DNA from: a virus | Virus record (IMG/VR): IMGVR_UViG_3300025117_000036 | Coordinates: 32,001-96,000 of that record | Length of the DNA stretch: 64,000 nucleotides | Strand: one strand, 5' to 3' | Shown: piece by piece, positions 20,286-28,239 of the stretch | Layout: the number at the start of each line of letters is the position of its first letter | How positions within the stretch are numbered: the stretch's first letter is position 1 | Program-made: the position numbers and the translations under genes | The notes under the pieces: generated by a model | Databases searched by the model: none | Told to the model about the DNA's origin: nothing | The model's input: only the letters and a program-made list of their open reading frames with translations

Positions 20286-20393
20286 ACTCGTGGCAAAAAA
20301 CGAGTATTATTATTGGCAGAACCTTTTGCTTATAATAAAGCGATTAAAGAAAACAAAACAAACAATCGACAAACTTGGATTAAATATTTATAA
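20286..20393 (+). pseudogene. orphan duplicate of the recD2 3' end
   Basis: Translates to TRGKKRVLLLAEPFAYNKAIKENKTNNRQTWIKYL*, which aligns with the RecD2 end TRSKSRCLLLSQPFAYNRCVSTNVGNKRNTWTQFFE. Confidence 0.8.
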
Positions 20394-20407
20394 TTGGAGA
20401 AATAAAA

Positions 20408-21520
20408 ATGCGTAAACTTGCATCTATTCAAAAAATTATTTCATTATCTCCCATTCCTAATGCCGATAAGATTGAAAAAGCCATTGTATTAGGTTGGGAA
20501 GTTGTAGTTGCCAAATCAGAAAATTTCAAAGTTGGAGATTTGGTAGTTTACATCGAAATTGATTCCATTGTTCCACCCAAACCAGAATTTGAATTTCTTA
20601 AAGATCGTAAATATAGAGTGCGAACTATTAAGCTACGTCAACAGGTATCGCAAGGTTTAATCTTGCCTCTTTCTATTCTTCCACGAGGAAAATATCAAGA
20701 AGGAGATGATGTTACCTCCATACTAAATATTAAAAAATATGATCCTGAGGGAGAAGCAGAACAAAAATTACTAAATGAAAAACTTTCTCGAAATAAAAAT
20801 AAATTATCCAAATTCCTTTTGCGATATTCTTGGTATAAAAGATTATTGTTTCTATTCTTCCCCAAGAAAAATAAATCTTTTCCATCATTTATCAAAAAAA
20901 CAGATGAAGATAGAATCCAACTATTTCCCGATATCTGTGAAAGAGAAAGAGATACTAAGTTTTCTATTACTGAAAAAATTGACGGTCAATCCGCAACTTA
21001 TTTCTTAGTTAAAAATAAATCTAAACTTTCATTTTTTCAAAAAAATAAATATCTATTTGGGGTTTGCAGTCGAAACATTTATCTTCCTAAACTTGATAAT
21101 AGTTCTTATTGGAGCATTGCCAAAAAATATAACCTACAAGAAGCATTAGAGAAAATAATCAAAGACATTAGTATGGATTATGATTATATAATTCTGCAAG
21201 GTGAAATCATTGGCCCTAATATTCAAGGCAATAAATATAAGGTTGAAGATTATGATTTTTATGCATTTAATTTAATTTTGCCAGATAGAAATATTGAGAG
21301 TGGAAGTGCAAAGTTTATGTTGGATTCATACAATATAAAATTTGTTCCAATTTTGGATCATCGCAATTTGCTATCATCTATTCCTGAAATGGTTGAATAC
21401 TCAAAGGGTAATTCATTAATTGGTGATACCAAACGTGAAGGAATTGTTTGTAGAAGTTATCAAAAAGGAATTAGTTTTAAAGTAATTAATCCTGAATTTT
21501 TATTGAAATATGAGGTATAA
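20408..21520 (+). CDS. RNA ligase, DRB0094-type
   Basis: MRKLASIQKI..PI.NAD.IE OB-like N-terminus, SQGL, KTDE.R.Q, EKIDG, GE..G..IQGN, REG.V, SFKVI. Confidence 0.85.
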   Translation: MRKLASIQKIISLSPIPNADKIEKAIVLGWEVVVAKSENFKVGDLVVYIEIDSIVPPKPEFEFLKDRKYRVRTIKLRQQVSQGLILPLSILPRGKYQEGDDVTSILNIKKYDPEGEAEQKLLNEKLSRNKNKLSKFLLRYSWYKRLLFLFFPKKNKSFPSFIKKTDEDRIQLFPDICERERDTKFSITEKIDGQSATYFLVKNKSKLSFFQKNKYLFGVCSRNIYLPKLDNSSYWSIAKKYNLQEALEKIIKDISMDYDYIILQGEIIGPNIQGNKYKVEDYDFYAFNLILPDRNIESGSAKFMLDSYNIKFVPILDHRNLLSSIPEMVEYSKGNSLIGDTKREGIVCRSYQKGISFKVINPEFLLKYEV

Positions 21521-21525
21521 TAAAA

Positions 21526-21714
21526 ATGACTGAAATAGAAGTTCTTAATAACATGGCTACTAGCTTACGTGATATCAGTATAAATTTACAAACAATAACG
21601 GTTCTTTTATTTTTATTTTTAGTTTTCAAAAATATGGGCACATCCAGTTCTGTTCTTTCTGATATATCTCATCATCTTAAACAAATTTATCTTTTATTAA
21701 AAAATAAAAACTAG
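21526..21714 (+). CDS. small membrane protein
   Basis: 62 aa with one hydrophobic segment. Confidence 0.55.
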   Translation: MTEIEVLNNMATSLRDISINLQTITVLLFLFLVFKNMGTSSSVLSDISHHLKQIYLLLKNKN

Positions 21715-21725
21715 GAGATATTATA

Positions 21726-22052
21726 ATGATTAAACAAGAAGAACTATTTAATCGAGAAATCGTTGATGTTATAGCCAAAATTTATTTTCCATATGTTCGA
21801 GTGTGGCAGTACCAATATGGTACTCCTGAATATTGGAAGCAACTTGAAAGAAAATTAAATTCAGAAATTGATGAATTTGAAAGTTTCATTCGAGATCATA
21901 GGAGTAGAGATACCTATCAGATAAGTACAGAAAAAAAATATGTATTATTGTGTAAATTTTGTGGATATGAATACCCTGATGATTTTAAGGGAATTCCAGA
22001 TTGTTGTGATGAAATTATTGAAGCACAAAATATTAAAATTGAGAGTATATAA
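21726..22052 (+). CDS. hypothetical protein
   Basis: 108 aa, AGGAG RBS, CxxC...CC. Confidence 0.65.
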   Translation: MIKQEELFNREIVDVIAKIYFPYVRVWQYQYGTPEYWKQLERKLNSEIDEFESFIRDHRSRDTYQISTEKKYVLLCKFCGYEYPDDFKGIPDCCDEIIEAQNIKIESI

Positions 22053-22075
22053 TAAATAAAAGGAGATTTTTAAAA

Positions 22076-22441
22076 ATGTGTAATTGTGTATATTGTGTAA
22101 ATCGCGAAAATCGTACAAATTTTTTTAATCAACTATTGCAAGAAAAAGAACTTCGCTATCATAATCTTTTCGTTACTATATTAGGCGAATTTGATTTCGT
22201 TAAGGTTTCTAATGTAATGGATTGTTTAAATTGGAAATGGGCAGGGTCTAAAAATCCTCCTACATTATCCGAAATGGTAGAATTTTGTAGTGATTTGTTT
22301 GCCAGTTGTTTGAAAGATTATCTATCTAATGAAGATACAAAATATGTTTCTACCGAATGTGGTGGATTTGAAGTTACCATTCGGAAAAATTTTGTAGGAT
22401 TAAAATTTGTAGTTACATCTTGGGAAGAACCAGTAGAATAA
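22076..22441 (+). CDS. hypothetical protein
   Basis: 121 aa, AGGAG RBS, FDF.KV..VM..L.W.W motif. Confidence 0.65.
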   Translation: MCNCVYCVNRENRTNFFNQLLQEKELRYHNLFVTILGEFDFVKVSNVMDCLNWKWAGSKNPPTLSEMVEFCSDLFASCLKDYLSNEDTKYVSTECGGFEVTIRKNFVGLKFVVTSWEEPVE

Positions 22442-22468
22442 TTTATAGATTTATAATACTATAAAAAT

Positions 22469-23056
22469 ATGATTTCATTATCGTCTATTGTTGGAAAAAA
22501 TGAAGATTTAATTCCTCACGCTATAAATCTCTACGCTAAAGAAGGTGATACTGTAGCAGATGTAACTTTTGGAATGGGTAATTTTTGGAAGAAAATTGAT
22601 ACAAATATTTACAAATTTTTTCCAAGCGATATGAAAACGGGAATAGACTTTAGAAATCTACCATATAAAAATAATTCTATCAATGCATTAATCTTAGACC
22701 CGCCTTATTTACATGGCTCTCCCGCACCAATAAAAGAGGAATACGATAAAACATATCTGAACAATAAAAAGGGGGGTTGGGGTGCAGACTATGTTTATCA
22801 ACTTTATTTTGACGGTATGAAAGAAGCACATAGAGTACTTGCTAAAAAAGGGATTCTTATGGTAAAATGTCAAGATCAAGTTGAGAGTGGTAAAAATCGT
22901 TTTGATCATATCGTCATTTATAATCAAGCAATGGAGTTAGGATTTACCGCAGAAGATTTATTCATTCTTACTAGAATTGGCACTCCAATGATGCGCCACA
23001 AATATCAAAAACATGCTCGAAAAAATCATTCGTATCTTTGGGTTTTTAGAAAGTGA
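22469..23056 (+). CDS. amino-DNA methyltransferase (N6A/N4C)
   Basis: SAM motif DVTFG.G and catalytic DPPY. Confidence 0.8.
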   Translation: MISLSSIVGKNEDLIPHAINLYAKEGDTVADVTFGMGNFWKKIDTNIYKFFPSDMKTGIDFRNLPYKNNSINALILDPPYLHGSPAPIKEEYDKTYLNNKKGGWGADYVYQLYFDGMKEAHRVLAKKGILMVKCQDQVESGKNRFDHIVIYNQAMELGFTAEDLFILTRIGTPMMRHKYQKHARKNHSYLWVFRK

Positions 23057-23065
23057 GAAAATAAT

Positions 23066-23269
23066 ATGGAAGAAAATAATGAAATTGAAAAAAACAATAA
23101 AAAGCATCAACAATATATTGGAGATGGGGTTTATGCTTATTATGATGGTTGGGGAATTAGATTAATAGCAAGAGATTCCGACGAGATAGCAAATGTTATT
23201 TATCTCGAACCAAGAGTTTTAGGCACATTAAATGACTTCTATAAAAGCTGTACTGGAAGATCGGAATGA
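23066..23269 (+). CDS. hypothetical protein
   Basis: YIGDGVYA..DG..I.L...IYLEP.V pattern. Confidence 0.65.
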   Translation: MEENNEIEKNNKKHQQYIGDGVYAYYDGWGIRLIARDSDEIANVIYLEPRVLGTLNDFYKSCTGRSE

Positions 23270-23547
23270 AATTCAGATTTCATATTGAAAATTGTATCGG
23301 GCCTTGGCTATCATTGGGCTTTCATATAGATTTCAAAAATCTATATGCTGATATTCACTTTCTTTGGTGGATTATTTCTTTCGGAAATTTATATTGGCTA
23401 GACAACGCTATAAATAATAGACTTGGCCCGAATCTAAGTACGGTGACAACAGAATTGACCATTCTTACAGATTGTCCTAAGTGTGGTTATGAATATGAAA
23501 TTTATCAAGATTTAAAAGATGTTTTAGAGATTGAAAGATATAAATAA
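23266..23547 (+). CDS. hypothetical protein
   Basis: 93 aa, CPKCG, ATGA overlap. Confidence 0.55.
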   Translation: MKFRFHIENCIGPWLSLGFHIDFKNLYADIHFLWWIISFGNLYWLDNAINNRLGPNLSTVTTELTILTDCPKCGYEYEIYQDLKDVLEIERYK

Positions 23548-23609
23548 AAGTAAAATTTTATGAAGATAAGAAATAAAAAAAGGTAGCAGTAAAAGGGCTT
23601 TGTTGATTT

Positions 23610-24269
23610 ATGGCAATAGTACAAACCGAAGCATATTGGAAAGAACAAGAACAAAAATTAATTGAAAAATTAAACAATATAGATTTATCATCAAATACTA
23701 CGAGAATATATTGCCTTGGTGATTGCTATACCTATGGAACAGGTATAAAATCTTGGATGAATTATCCCAATAAATTACAATATGAATTGGGAAAAAATTA
23801 CGAAGTTTATAATTTAGGGCGAACTATGATTACAATGGCTACAATTTTAGAATATAATAATTTATTTTCAAAAATTACAGAAGATAAAAATTCTATTGTA
23901 ATTTTATGGGCGGGAACAAATGATATAGCATTAAAAGATGATGTGGATATGGTATATCATTATTTTTCTAGCTATTGTAAAAAGCTAAGAGAATGTGATA
24001 TAATTACTATTGGAATAACAATGTTACCCAGGATTGTCAGAGGATTAAACATAGAGCCTCTTCGAATACTTTTCAATAGAATAATTTACGAAAATAGAAA
24101 AGAATATGCTGATTACATATTAGACGTATCTAAAATTACAGAAATTGGCATTGAACAAACACCGAAATATTATTTAATGGATGAAACCCACTTAAACGAA
24201 GAAGGTTATGAATTTATATATAATCCATTAGCAAATTTAATAAAGATAATGAATTATAAAATGTGGTAA
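23610..24269 (+). CDS. SGNH/GDSL hydrolase-fold protein
   Basis: CLGDCYTYG (Ser replaced by Cys), GTND, DETH.N.EGY. Confidence 0.7.
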   Translation: MAIVQTEAYWKEQEQKLIEKLNNIDLSSNTTRIYCLGDCYTYGTGIKSWMNYPNKLQYELGKNYEVYNLGRTMITMATILEYNNLFSKITEDKNSIVILWAGTNDIALKDDVDMVYHYFSSYCKKLRECDIITIGITMLPRIVRGLNIEPLRILFNRIIYENRKEYADYILDVSKITEIGIEQTPKYYLMDETHLNEEGYEFIYNPLANLIKIMNYKMW

Positions 24270-24299
24270 ATAAAACTTTAATTTTATGAAGGAACAAAA

Positions 24300-24605
24300 A
24301 TGAGAAAAAAGATTGGTGAAAAAACCGTTATTGAAAGCGAATATATTTACATTTGTGATAATTGCGAAAAGCCATTAGATGAAAAAAATCACATCTTTTG
24401 GGATGGCAGTTGGACAGATGGATACGATTATTTTGCTCAAGAGCGTATTGAAGTTTGTTCATTTTCTTGTCTCAGAGATCAAATAGCTGACTATCTTAAA
24501 GACGAATTTGATATGCTAATTCATGGCTATAACGATGATGATATTCATCTTACCTTTTCCGTATCTCACTTTGATGAACTTTGTAAACTTTTAAACAAAG
24601 AATAA
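24300..24605 (+). CDS. zinc-finger hypothetical protein
   Basis: CDNC...CSFSC. Confidence 0.65.
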   Translation: MRKKIGEKTVIESEYIYICDNCEKPLDEKNHIFWDGSWTDGYDYFAQERIEVCSFSCLRDQIADYLKDEFDMLIHGYNDDDIHLTFSVSHFDELCKLLNKE

Positions 24606-24639
24606 AATAAGATTTTTATGAGGATGAAAGGAAAATAAA

Positions 24640-24906
24640 ATGAAAAATTTATCTGATGTTTCAGAGATTAGAAAAAAATCCATAAGTTATATTTTATTTT
24701 TGCTGGAAAATGAATTAATTCATGCTGTTGCCCAAGGAAAAGATTCTTTCGTTTTTACTATTTCCATAGATTTTACCAGCGATGTCCAAGATACATTACT
24801 AAATGCCAATTATACTTTCAATATTCGACCAGCAATGGAAAAACTATCAGAATTCTCATATGTAAAATCTGATAAATTTGTCGAAATAGAAATTAAATTA
24901 AAATAA
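24640..24906 (+). CDS. hypothetical protein
   Basis: 88 aa, AAGGA RBS. Confidence 0.6.
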   Translation: MKNLSDVSEIRKKSISYILFLLENELIHAVAQGKDSFVFTISIDFTSDVQDTLLNANYTFNIRPAMEKLSEFSYVKSDKFVEIEIKLK

Positions 24907-24931
24907 AAAACTTCTTTTATAAGGAAAATCA

Positions 24932-25141
24932 ATGAGGAAAAGAAAAATGCTAAAAAGTGGAAATTATAGAGGCGAAAAAGTTTTATATCCTGATGGAATA
25001 GGATGCTGTATCTGGCTTGTAATTGACAAAGACGATGAAGATTTTGGATTGGCATTTGATTTTTCATTTGATGAAATAGATGATATAATGAACTTACTTC
25101 AACAAATTAAAGAAACAGAAGCAGATATTTTTGAGGAATAA
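24932..25141 (+). CDS. hypothetical acidic protein
   Basis: 69 aa, AAGGA RBS. Confidence 0.6.
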   Translation: MRKRKMLKSGNYRGEKVLYPDGIGCCIWLVIDKDDEDFGLAFDFSFDEIDDIMNLLQQIKETEADIFEE

Positions 25142-25172
25142 AAGTTTTATTTTATGATATAAAGGATAAAAA

Positions 25173-25364
25173 ATGGAAGATCATATTTTTTTCACAAATG
25201 CACCGAAATATAAAGATTATAGCTGGAATCCAAAAAAAGATATAAGTGCATATGAACTTGCAATATGTCTTCCAGTTCTTCTTTCTCATGATTATAATCT
25301 TTCTGTTTTTATTGAGAAATTACCGGAAGAAGCTAAAAGACATTTTGATGAAATTGACTCATAA
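25173..25364 (+). CDS. hypothetical protein
   Basis: 63 aa; W.PK.DI.AYELA...P.EAKRHF. Confidence 0.6.
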   Translation: MEDHIFFTNAPKYKDYSWNPKKDISAYELAICLPVLLSHDYNLSVFIEKLPEEAKRHFDEIDS

Positions 25365-25385
25365 AATGTACGTTTTATAAAAATC

Positions 25386-25646
25386 ATGCTTAGAATAACC
25401 ATTGATTTAATTCCTTTTGGCGAAGAAAAAAATAAAAAAACAATCTCCACCCTAGAAATAATTAACACTCTTGCAAAAAATCAATTTGAAGAGTATACTT
25501 ATAGTTATAAAGGATGGTGGCAAGATACCGATGATTCTATTCATAAATTTAATGGTAGAGTAGAACACGATAGACGGAATTTTATATATTATCTTTTGTA
25601 TAAAATTATAATTAAGATTATCGAGCCTTTCAAATATATTTTTTAA
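25386..25646 (+). CDS. hypothetical protein
   Basis: 86 aa; MLRITIDLIP.G pattern. Confidence 0.6.
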   Translation: MLRITIDLIPFGEEKNKKTISTLEIINTLAKNQFEEYTYSYKGWWQDTDDSIHKFNGRVEHDRRNFIYYLLYKIIIKIIEPFKYIF

Positions 25647-25666
25647 ATAGAAGGAGAAAATGAATA

Positions 25667-25912
25667 ATGTCTACAATTTTAAGTTATAAAGATTGGAAAG
25701 ACCTAGCAGAAAAGCAAGGACTAAGCAAAGAGCAAGCCCTAGATGTTCTCGCATCTTGGAAAGATGAACGTGTTAAACTCTATGCCGAAATTGAATCATA
25801 TAAAAAAGAAATTTTATCTCTTCGTGATCAATTAGATCATGAAATTATTGAAGATAATCATCCTCGCAAAGGGAAGAAAAAAGGATTAACGGACGACTAT
25901 TATAATGTGTAA
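25667..25912 (+). CDS. hypothetical coiled-coil protein
   Basis: 81 aa, AAGGAG RBS. Confidence 0.6.
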   Translation: MSTILSYKDWKDLAEKQGLSKEQALDVLASWKDERVKLYAEIESYKKEILSLRDQLDHEIIEDNHPRKGKKKGLTDDYYNV

Positions 25913-26066
25913 AAACATCTTTAATTTTAATAATTCTAACGATCCTAATGGCCCTGGAAAAATTCAATTTCCATCAACTTACGATGATGAATTTGAAGAA
26001 GATTCATTTACTGAAACAGAAGAAGTTGAATATTCGGAAATAGACTATGGCGAAGATAAAGCTTAA
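25905..26066 (+). CDS. small highly acidic protein (53 aa, not in ORF track)
   Basis: MCKNIFNF...YDDEFEEDSFTETEEVEYSEIDYGEDKA*. Confidence 0.45.
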   Translation: MCKNIFNFNNSNDPNGPGKIQFPSTYDDEFEEDSFTETEEVEYSEIDYGEDKA

Positions 26067-26192
26067 CCCAACTCAAAATAATATCATTCAACATTTTTTA
26101 ATTTATCTAGATAAAATAGATAAAGCTTGTTGGTAGACAGAAAAAGAATTATATAAAAGAACGATTGAAATTTATAATACGAAGGATAATAA

Positions 26193-26825
26193 ATGAAAAT
26201 TATTAAGCCATATTATATAATCGAAACTCCCATTATTAGCGAAGAAGAAATTTTAGTATTCATTGAAAAAGCGGGTAGAACCGCTTATAAAAGCGAAGAT
26301 CGAATTACATCTGATTCTGCCAAGAAATTTATTGTCAGCATTATCAAAAGCGGTCACGAATCCGTTATTGAGCATTTTACAATTAGTGTAAGATTTATTT
26401 GTGATCGTGGAATTTCACATGAACTTGTACGACATAGAATTGCCAGCTTTACAGAAGTTAGTACGCGATACTGTAACTACAGTAAAGAAAAATTCGGTAA
26501 TGAAATCACAGTTATAAAACCCTTTTTCTGGAATGAAGATTCTATAGAGTATTCTCTTTGGAAAGAACATTGTGAAGACGCAGAACGTACCTATATGATT
26601 TTACTCGAAGAAGGCGCTACGCCAGAACAAGCACGTTCTGTGCTTCCTAATTCATTAAAAACAGAAGTGTTTCAAACTATGAATTTGCGAGAATGGAGGC
26701 ACTTTCTAAAACTTAGAACTTCTAAAAAAGCACATCCTCAAATGCGAGAATTAGTAATTCCATTATTACGAGAATTTCAAAGTGAGTTTCCAACTTTTTT
26801 TGGTGATATAATTATAGAGGAGTAA
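26193..26825 (+). CDS. thyX: flavin-dependent thymidylate synthase
   Basis: GHESVIEH, DRGISHELVRHR.ASF..STRY, ARSVLP, AHPQMR. Confidence 0.95.
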   Translation: MKIIKPYYIIETPIISEEEILVFIEKAGRTAYKSEDRITSDSAKKFIVSIIKSGHESVIEHFTISVRFICDRGISHELVRHRIASFTEVSTRYCNYSKEKFGNEITVIKPFFWNEDSIEYSLWKEHCEDAERTYMILLEEGATPEQARSVLPNSLKTEVFQTMNLREWRHFLKLRTSKKAHPQMRELVIPLLREFQSEFPTFFGDIIIEE

Positions 26826-26830
26826 AAATA

Positions 26831-27448
26831 ATGAAAGACAATCTAACGGAAATTGTATTTATTTTAGATCGAAGCGGTTCTATGCAATCTCTTACCGATG
26901 ATACTATTGGAGGATTCAATTCTTTTATTGATCAGCAAAAAAACGAACCGGGAGAAGCATTACTAACCACTATTTTGTTTGATAGCAAATATGAAATTCT
27001 TCATAATGGAATAAATCTTAAAGACGTAAAACCCATTACAAAAAAGGAATATTACGTTCGTGATACAACCGCTTTACTCGACGCTATTGGGAAAGCAATC
27101 AACGATGTAGGTCATCGTCTTGATAATACAAAAGAAGAAAGTAAACCGTCTCAAGTTATTTTTGTTATTACTACAGACGGTCAAGAAAATTCTAGTAAAG
27201 AATTTACCGCACAACAAATTAAAGAAATGGTTGAACATCAAACTAATGTTTATAATTGGAAATTCGTTTTCCTGGGCGCTAATATGGACGCTGTAGATGT
27301 TGGAAATCAATATGGAATTAGTTATGTCGCTACATATTCTGCAACAACTCGCGGAACTAAAAGCGTTTATTCTACTGTTGCCAACTTGGTAAGCAATAGT
27401 CGCTCATCTGGTGAAATTGATGAAAATTGGTCAACCACAATTGAATGA
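26831..27448 (+). CDS. von Willebrand factor A domain protein
   Basis: MIDAS motif ILDRSGSM, TALLDAIG, TDGQEN.S, FLGAN. Confidence 0.85.
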   Translation: MKDNLTEIVFILDRSGSMQSLTDDTIGGFNSFIDQQKNEPGEALLTTILFDSKYEILHNGINLKDVKPITKKEYYVRDTTALLDAIGKAINDVGHRLDNTKEESKPSQVIFVITTDGQENSSKEFTAQQIKEMVEHQTNVYNWKFVFLGANMDAVDVGNQYGISYVATYSATTRGTKSVYSTVANLVSNSRSSGEIDENWSTTIE

Positions 27449-27600
27449 GTAATAATGCTGATAACTTTGAAAATAACAATATAGAATTTAAACCTCCTGT
27501 AATAGGTGTTTTTCTATTGCTTATTCCAACTATGTGTTTGATCTATACTGTTATTGGAATAATTATTCATTTTTTAATTCATCATTTACATTTATTCTAG
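27445..27600 (+). CDS. small membrane protein (51 aa, not in ORF track)
   Basis: MSNNADNF...VIGVFLLLIPTMCLIYTVIGIIIHFL...*. Confidence 0.45.
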   Translation: MSNNADNFENNNIEFKPPVIGVFLLLIPTMCLIYTVIGIIIHFLIHHLHLF

Positions 27601-27628
27601 ATTATCAATTATTAATTATATTGTTCTC

Positions 27629-27674
27629 TTGACAACAATTTAGCATCGTGTTATTATACCAATAGCACGATGCT
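27629..27674 (+). promoter_or_regulatory. sigma70-type promoter overlapped by an inverted repeat
   Basis: TTGACA-17 nt-TATTAT (extended TG); IR AGCATCGTGTTATT/AATAGCACGATGCT spans the -10. Confidence 0.65.
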
Positions 27675-27719
27675 TACATAATAAAAAGAGTATTTATATA
27701 AAATAATGGAGAAAACATA

Positions 27720-27944
27720 ATGACTAAAAACCCAAAGAAAGTACGAACTTTTTGTATTATTTCAGATGAAGATGGACATAATTATGTTTGCCCTACTGAT
27801 AAAATTGAAGATGCTTATGAATATTTTAAATTTGTTAGTGACGATTTAGTAAATGAAAAATTTGACGAAGAACCAGAATGGCTAGTATTTATTAATGGCC
27901 CGGTCAATAAAGTACATTTTTCTCATTTCGAAATTGAAGATTAA
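27720..27944 (+). CDS. hypothetical protein
   Basis: 74 aa, GGAG RBS. Confidence 0.6.
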   Translation: MTKNPKKVRTFCIISDEDGHNYVCPTDKIEDAYEYFKFVSDDLVNEKFDEEPEWLVFINGPVNKVHFSHFEIED

Positions 27945-27962
27945 TATAAACAGGAAAATATA

Positions 27963-28238
27963 ATGAATAAAAATAATTTTTTATACGTTGTTACAATGTA
28001 TCGTTATGCAAATAAAGAAGAACATTCCTATGTTCTAGGTGTATACGATAACCCCAATGAAGCAATCAAGCATGGAAAAGTAGAAGAATCTTGGCGAGGA
28101 AACAAATATACTTGTGAGGTTCTTCGTCTTAAATTAAATGATACTACCAATGATTTCGATGAAATTATTCTTTCGGTTGAGCGAAATAAAGCCGATGATA
28201 GTATTGCAGAAATGAACTTCTTTGATTGGTGTCCATAA
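27963..28238 (+). CDS. hypothetical protein
   Basis: 91 aa; YVVT.YR....HSY..GV...A......R..KY. Confidence 0.65.
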   Translation: MNKNNFLYVVTMYRYANKEEHSYVLGVYDNPNEAIKHGKVEESWRGNKYTCEVLRLKLNDTTNDFDEIILSVERNKADDSIAEMNFFDWCP

Positions 28239-28239
28239 A

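Larger units (their letters stand above)
23544..25378. repeat. cluster B of palindromic sites ATAAAA-N6-TTTTAT at six consecutive gene junctions
   Basis: Exact copies at 23544, 24270, 24602, 24903, 25138, 25361. Confidence 0.9.

Noticed and set aside
20283-20310. TTGACT-16-TATTAT as a promoter
   Set aside because: The spacing is suboptimal and the sequence is explained as the stranded recD2 3' end; promoter activity is not excluded.
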